Assembly (NCBI GenBank): GCA_016839555.1
Contig: JAEOUA010000006.1
Span: 512,001 to 576,000 of the forward strand
DNA length: 64,000 nucleotides
Source of the DNA: Promethearchaeota archaeon
GTDB taxonomy: Archaea; Asgardarchaeota; Lokiarchaeia; Sigyniarchaeales; SOKP01
Reading direction: 5' to 3'
Of this stretch, positions 59,446 to 64,000 are shown piece by piece. The notes beneath the pieces are model-generated. The model saw only the letters and a program-made list of their open reading frames with translations. It was not told the origin of the DNA and did no database searches. A program made the translations under genes and the position numbers. How positions within the stretch are numbered: position 1 is the stretch's first letter; every line of letters begins with the position of its first letter.

Positions 59446-60804
59446 ATGCTAAATAAAGACAAACTAATTAAAAATATAATCTCATACTTAAAATCAAAAG
59501 GAAAAATAAGAGCTGCGCTTCTTTCTAAATTAATTAAAGATTTTTGTTATAGAAAATCTGCTATTAATATTCAGAAATCTGAAAATGAGCTAATAGAAAT
59601 ACTTCTGAAAATGTTGAGATATAGGATTATTGATATAATTATTCCTGAACTTTTTGATAAATTCTGGGAGAAAAAATCTATTAAAAATTTGAAATATTTT
59701 AAGGATGGAATTTATTATTTGAGTGAATATAGAGGAATAAAAAAAGAGAATTTTCCTCAAATTAATAATGAATATTTTAACTCAAAAAAAATGAATTTTA
59801 ATAACTTAGCAATACTAAAAAATCAAATACTCCAATTAAAAAAACTAATAACAAAGAATCCAAATTTACATAAAAAAACAATTATATATTACCCAAAAAA
59901 TAGTGATCCTTTAACTATATACGATAATAATTCTAAAATAAATTATAAATTGAATAATCTAGATTTTAAATTAAATAACTCTGATTTTAAAATACAAGAA
60001 AAATTAATTTATCCCTTGAAAGAACAGAGATTTAATTTGAGTATAATGGGGAAATATAGAAATAGCTATATGTGTTTTTATATCCCTTTAATAGAATCGA
60101 TTCAAAAAAGAATAATGGATCTTCAAAATTTTCGAAATGTAAAAAATAAAAGTCTAATTGACTCATTTACTCAAAAATTTGCTTATTACTGTCAAATGTA
60201 TGTAAACAGTGATTGGGTAGATATATCTGAACCGAATTCATCAAGATGGGAATCCTTCTTTAGATATTTTAAAATTCCAATTAAGATATTATCTTTTAAA
60301 TTCCAATTATTGAAATTTCATGGAGGAGTTTTTGAAGTTGGAGCAGAATTAAAATTAAGGTCCCTTTTTAAAAAAAAAAAGACCAATTGCATGGATGATA
60401 TCAAAGCAACTGGATTAAAACTTCTAAAAAACTCTAACAAAAATATCGAAATTGGATTGGATATTGATTTTTTTTTACCTTGCCCTTCTATAGAATATTT
60501 CTATTTTATCACAAAATATTTTTATTTTTATCATTTATTTCTTTTATTTCATTATACAGTTCCCTATATTAATGGAAAGAATAAATTTAGCATAAAAGAA
60601 CAGAATTTATATGAAATTTTTTTACCTGTTCTTAATGATTTATTTATTATGAATAAAAGAAAATTCAATGAAAAATTAATATTCAAATATTATACTTTCA
60701 ATCCAAATGAATTAGAATTAATCTATAACAAATTTTTATTAGAGAAAATAAAGTTTATAGAGAAAAAATTATATACTTATTTCATAATTCGTAGTTCTAG
60801 TTGA
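59446..60804 (+). CDS. Hypothetical protein
   Basis: 452-aa ORF, very AT-rich; no recognised motif. Confidence 0.6.
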   Translation: MLNKDKLIKNIISYLKSKGKIRAALLSKLIKDFCYRKSAINIQKSENELIEILLKMLRYRIIDIIIPELFDKFWEKKSIKNLKYFKDGIYYLSEYRGIKKENFPQINNEYFNSKKMNFNNLAILKNQILQLKKLITKNPNLHKKTIIYYPKNSDPLTIYDNNSKINYKLNNLDFKLNNSDFKIQEKLIYPLKEQRFNLSIMGKYRNSYMCFYIPLIESIQKRIMDLQNFRNVKNKSLIDSFTQKFAYYCQMYVNSDWVDISEPNSSRWESFFRYFKIPIKILSFKFQLLKFHGGVFEVGAELKLRSLFKKKKTNCMDDIKATGLKLLKNSNKNIEIGLDIDFFLPCPSIEYFYFITKYFYFYHLFLLFHYTVPYINGKNKFSIKEQNLYEIFLPVLNDLFIMNKRKFNEKLIFKYYTFNPNELELIYNKFLLEKIKFIEKKLYTYFIIRSSS

Positions 60805-60821
60805 TAATAATTTTGAAAAAA

Positions 60822-60844
60822 ACCGAAAGATTTAAATATATAAA
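60822..60844 (+). promoter_or_regulatory. BRE-TATA promoter upstream of tfb
   Basis: CCGAAAGA followed by TTTAAATATATAAA, matching the archaeal BRE/TATA consensus. Confidence 0.5.
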
Positions 60845-60991
60845 TTACATATTATAAATTTGCATCGGGTAGTTTTTCATCAGTCACTGGGTAAATTATA
60901 AAATTTTTAAATATTGGGTTAAAAATCATTTATTAAGGAGAACTTCTTGTCTTTCAATAGTATTTCTAATAAATTAAGAGGTTAATATAAT

Positions 60992-61885
60992 TTGAGAACA
61001 AAATTAGAAATTAATATTAATTCAAGTTTATGTCCAGAATGTGGAGGAAAAATAATTCCAATTCAAGAAAAGGGTGAGAATGTATGTTCTCGCTGTGGAT
61101 TGGTAATAAATGAGAGAATATTAGATATTTCACATACTGGAAAAAGAGCTTTCACAAAACAGGAAAAAGAAAAAAGGGAGAGGACGGGATCTCCTATATC
61201 AATTCTTCTTCCTGATATGGGACTCAGCACAGTTATAGATAAATCAAATATTAAAAATCCTGATCTTAAGAGAGCTGCAAAATGGAATTCTAGAATGACT
61301 TGGGATAAAAGGAATATGTTAATTGCGACAACTGAATTAAAAAGGATCGCAAGTAACTTAAATTTGCCTTCCCATGTTAAAAAAGCAGCTATTAGATTAT
61401 ATATTGAAGCTTTTAAGAAAAAATTATTAAGAGGTCGATCAATTAATGGTATGGTTGCCGCATGCCTTTATTTTTCTTGTAGAAAAAGGAAAATTCCTCG
61501 AACTTTACAAGAAATTCTGGAAGAGACCTCAGTATCAGCAAAAAATGTAAGAAGATGTTATAGAACAATTATAAGAGAATTAAATTTAAAAGCCCCCTCT
61601 ACAGATCCCATATCACTTGTTCCACGTTTTATAGCAGAATTAAGATTAGATGTAAATGCTGAGAAAAAAGCAATAAAAATTTTAAAAGCATATATATCCA
61701 CCTATTCTATTAGTGGAAAAGATCCTAAAGGATTATGTGCAGGTGCTTTATATTTAGTATGCAAAATTCAAAATAGAAAAATTTCCCAAAAAGAAATTGC
61801 AAATTTAGTAGGAGTGACGGAGGTTACTTTAAGATCAAGATATAAAGATATTATTAAAAGATTAAATATAAAATTAAAAAAATAA
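60992..61885 (+). CDS. tfb: Transcription initiation factor IIB
   Basis: CPECG..CSRCGLV Zn ribbon; RERTGSP; LLRGRS, PRTLQEI, GKDPKGLCAGALY, VTEVTLRSRY cyclin repeats. Confidence 0.96.
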   Translation: MRTKLEININSSLCPECGGKIIPIQEKGENVCSRCGLVINERILDISHTGKRAFTKQEKEKRERTGSPISILLPDMGLSTVIDKSNIKNPDLKRAAKWNSRMTWDKRNMLIATTELKRIASNLNLPSHVKKAAIRLYIEAFKKKLLRGRSINGMVAACLYFSCRKRKIPRTLQEILEETSVSAKNVRRCYRTIIRELNLKAPSTDPISLVPRFIAELRLDVNAEKKAIKILKAYISTYSISGKDPKGLCAGALYLVCKIQNRKISQKEIANLVGVTEVTLRSRYKDIIKRLNIKLKK

Positions 61886-61893
61886 AATTCCTA

Positions 61894-62478
61894 TTATAAA
61901 TTTTCTTTTTTCATCATAATTTTTAAAAAATCCGGAAGAGTTAAAAGATAACTTTGGGCGTTGGGTAGATGACTTTTAATTTTAATAAATAGGTCTGAAT
62001 AATAATGGGCTCTTTCTTTTTGTTCTAACACGTCATTTCTGGTTTGTTCCCTTTTTTTTTCAATGGGAATTCCTTTCATGACTGCTCTAGCAGGAACAAC
62101 AAAACCAGGAGGTACTTCACTTTTATTTAAAATTATCGCCCCTTCTCCCACAGATGTTTCCTCATATAAAATACTTCCTTCCATGATTTGAACATAATCT
62201 TCCAAAAAACTCCCTAAAATAGTCACACCCGTTTCAACTATACAATATCTCCCGATGTGAATTGAACTTTTAGCGAATCGAGTGTAAAAAACTACTCCAT
62301 CAAATATCGTGGAATATTCACCAATATTAATTTGAGATTTATCTGCACGTATTATAGATCCAGGCCAAATTATAGCATTATCATTAACTTTTACATCTCC
62401 AATCAGCGTTGCTTGTGGTGAAACATAAGCATTTTCACTAATATCTGGCTTTTTACCTTCAAATTCAATTAGAGTCAT
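61894..62478 (-). CDS. Gamma-carbonic-anhydrase-like left-handed beta-helix protein
   Basis: LIGDVKV..IWPGSIIRAD..I.IG hexapeptide repeats; His ligands absent. Confidence 0.8.
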   Translation of the reverse strand: MTLIEFEGKKPDISENAYVSPQATLIGDVKVNDNAIIWPGSIIRADKSQINIGEYSTIFDGVVFYTRFAKSSIHIGRYCIVETGVTILGSFLEDYVQIMEGSILYEETSVGEGAIILNKSEVPPGFVVPARAVMKGIPIEKKREQTRNDVLEQKERAHYYSDLFIKIKSHLPNAQSYLLTLPDFLKIMMKKENL

Positions 62479-62616
62479 TTTATTTTGTAATTATTTTTAA
62501 TTTAAGATAATTGAACGAATATTATTAACTCTTTTAAATTTAAGTTAATTTATATATTTTAATAAAAATTAGGAAGAAAACACACCATAATTAGCAAACA
62601 AAAATCTAATTATATT

Positions 62617-63486
62617 TTAAATAATCTCTCTCTGATAATATTTAAACGGATTTTTAGATTCGTATATTATAAATTCATCAAAAGGAAATTCAAGGCTTAG
62701 ATAATTATAAAGCTTTTTTAAGGTATAAAATTCTGCACCATAATGAGGTATATTTATTAAAGCCAATCCAAGATCACTTGCATATATAGCTTTCTCATAA
62801 TTTATATATGAGGAAATATAACAATCGCAATTATATTTTAAAGCATTTTTTAGATAGATTATATTCTCTGAATCTCCTCCCACAATACAAATTTGTTTGA
62901 TTTCTTTTTCTAAATTCCCAACATATTCAATAATTTCTAAATTAAAATTCATAATAATTCTTCTCAGAAGGTCTTTTAGATGAAATTGTTTTTTTTCTTC
63001 TTGATAATTTTTTGGACTACATATTCTTCCGATTGGAACATTAATCCCATTATTATTTTTTATTTCAAAAAGTTTTTCTGTTTTTAAATATAATATATCT
63101 GCTATTGTTTGTGAAATACCATTTTCAGCAGCTATAAAAGATGAATTTAAAATATAAATAGAGATGGGATATTTTGAAAGTAAATTTAACTGATTAATTA
63201 ACTTTTTATCAAAATTAAAAGCTGGTTTCTTTAGTAATGGATGATGAGATATTATTAAATTAACTTTATTTTTTATAGCATGATATATAGCTTTTAGACT
63301 TGGATCTATGGTTATCATTATTTTTTTAATAAATTTTTCATCATATATATCCCCATATTGAATTCCATAAAATTCAGATGTTTTTTTAAATATTTTTGGC
63401 GCTATTTTGTTTTCTAAGATTTTTCTCAATTCTTTATATTGCATAAAAACACCTATTTTGCAATTGAATAAAAAAAATTCATTCAA
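62617..63486 (-). CDS. NIF3/YbgI-like dinuclear metal protein
   Basis: GIQYG, LIISHHPL, IGRI, HYGAE; likely start MQYKEL. Confidence 0.82.
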   Translation of the reverse strand: MNEFFLFNCKIGVFMQYKELRKILENKIAPKIFKKTSEFYGIQYGDIYDEKFIKKIMITIDPSLKAIYHAIKNKVNLIISHHPLLKKPAFNFDKKLINQLNLLSKYPISIYILNSSFIAAENGISQTIADILYLKTEKLFEIKNNNGINVPIGRICSPKNYQEEKKQFHLKDLLRRIIMNFNLEIIEYVGNLEKEIKQICIVGGDSENIIYLKNALKYNCDCYISSYINYEKAIYASDLGLALINIPHYGAEFYTLKKLYNYLSLEFPFDEFIIYESKNPFKYYQREII

Positions 63487-63584
63487 ATATTAAAAAATGA
63501 TCTCTCTTCTAATTTTTTTAAAATTTAATGATTGAAAAGATGTGTGTAGTTTAAAAAGATATTAATTAAAATATAATAGAAAAA

Positions 63585-63794
63585 ATGAATATTAAAAAAA
63601 TCTATAAAATAATAATTAAGAAGATAAAAAGCTTTTTCATAGATGAAAATGGAGGAAGTTTTGTCGAATATGCGCTATTACTTGGATTTGGTTTATTTAT
63701 ATTCTTTATAATTTTTTCCATAATATCAAACATCTTGAATTGGACAATAGGGTTATCTCAAGATTTTTTTAATCTTTTTACATTACAAGGATAA
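63585..63794 (+). CDS. Flp/Tad-like type IV pilin
   Basis: Basic leader, FFIDENG|GSFVEY (E+5, Y+6), hydrophobic helix; 69 aa. Confidence 0.7.
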   Translation: MNIKKIYKIIIKKIKSFFIDENGGSFVEYALLLGFGLFIFFIIFSIISNILNWTIGLSQDFFNLFTLQG

Positions 63795-63804
63795 CATATT
63801 TTTC

Positions 63805-64000
63805 TTAAATTATTTTTACTTTATCATAATCTAATTCAAGATTAAATTTATCTCTCCATTCTCTAAGCATTTCAAAAAAGTATTCTTTATTTATTTTTAA
63901 ATATTCCAAAAAATCATTTAATTGAATAGATTTAGCTCCTTTAAATAAATCTACAATTTTTTTTTCAATAAGAATATTATCTGGTTTAATTTTCTTTCTT
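63805..64000 (-). CDS. C-terminal fragment of a CDS entering from the window end
   Basis: Open frame ...IQLNDFLEYLKINKEYFFEMLREWRDKFNLELDYDKVKII*, with a winged-helix-like pattern. Confidence 0.6.
   Translation of the reverse strand, partial: RKKIKPDNILIEKKIVDLFKGAKSIQLNDFLEYLKINKEYFFEMLREWRDKFNLELDYDKVKII

Overview
Very AT-rich archaeal chromosomal DNA, most consistent with an Asgard archaeon (Lokiarchaeia/Promethearchaeota-like). The basis is archaeal information genes (TFB, eL15, RNase P Rpp30/Pop5, ArcTGT, Trm5, Cdc6-like, probable Top6B) plus eukaryote-signature-type proteins (Roadblock/LC7, longin/uDENN-like, EMC6-like). It is mostly core genome: about 55 CDS and 3 tRNAs (Ala-CGC with a non-canonical 25/26 intron, Arg-TCT, Ile-GAT), with no CRISPR array or intact mobile element seen. 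Three signals stand out, two of them missing from the ORF track. (1) A 20-aa Trp-rich leader peptide, MAINKISFWNAQWPWRWQNR (45981-46043), followed by a U-tract, lies just upstream of trpB2 and is a candidate ribosome-dependent Trp attenuator in an archaeon. (2) A box C/D guide RNA (about 27181-27310, minus) has a guide that places the D+5 nucleotide on the 23S P-loop G2251 equivalent. (3) An smc-scpA-scpB operon encodes a 1481-aa SMC with no recognisable hinge; a 71-aa helical tandem duplication sits at its midpoint. All family assignments come from motif recognition by eye, not from database searches.
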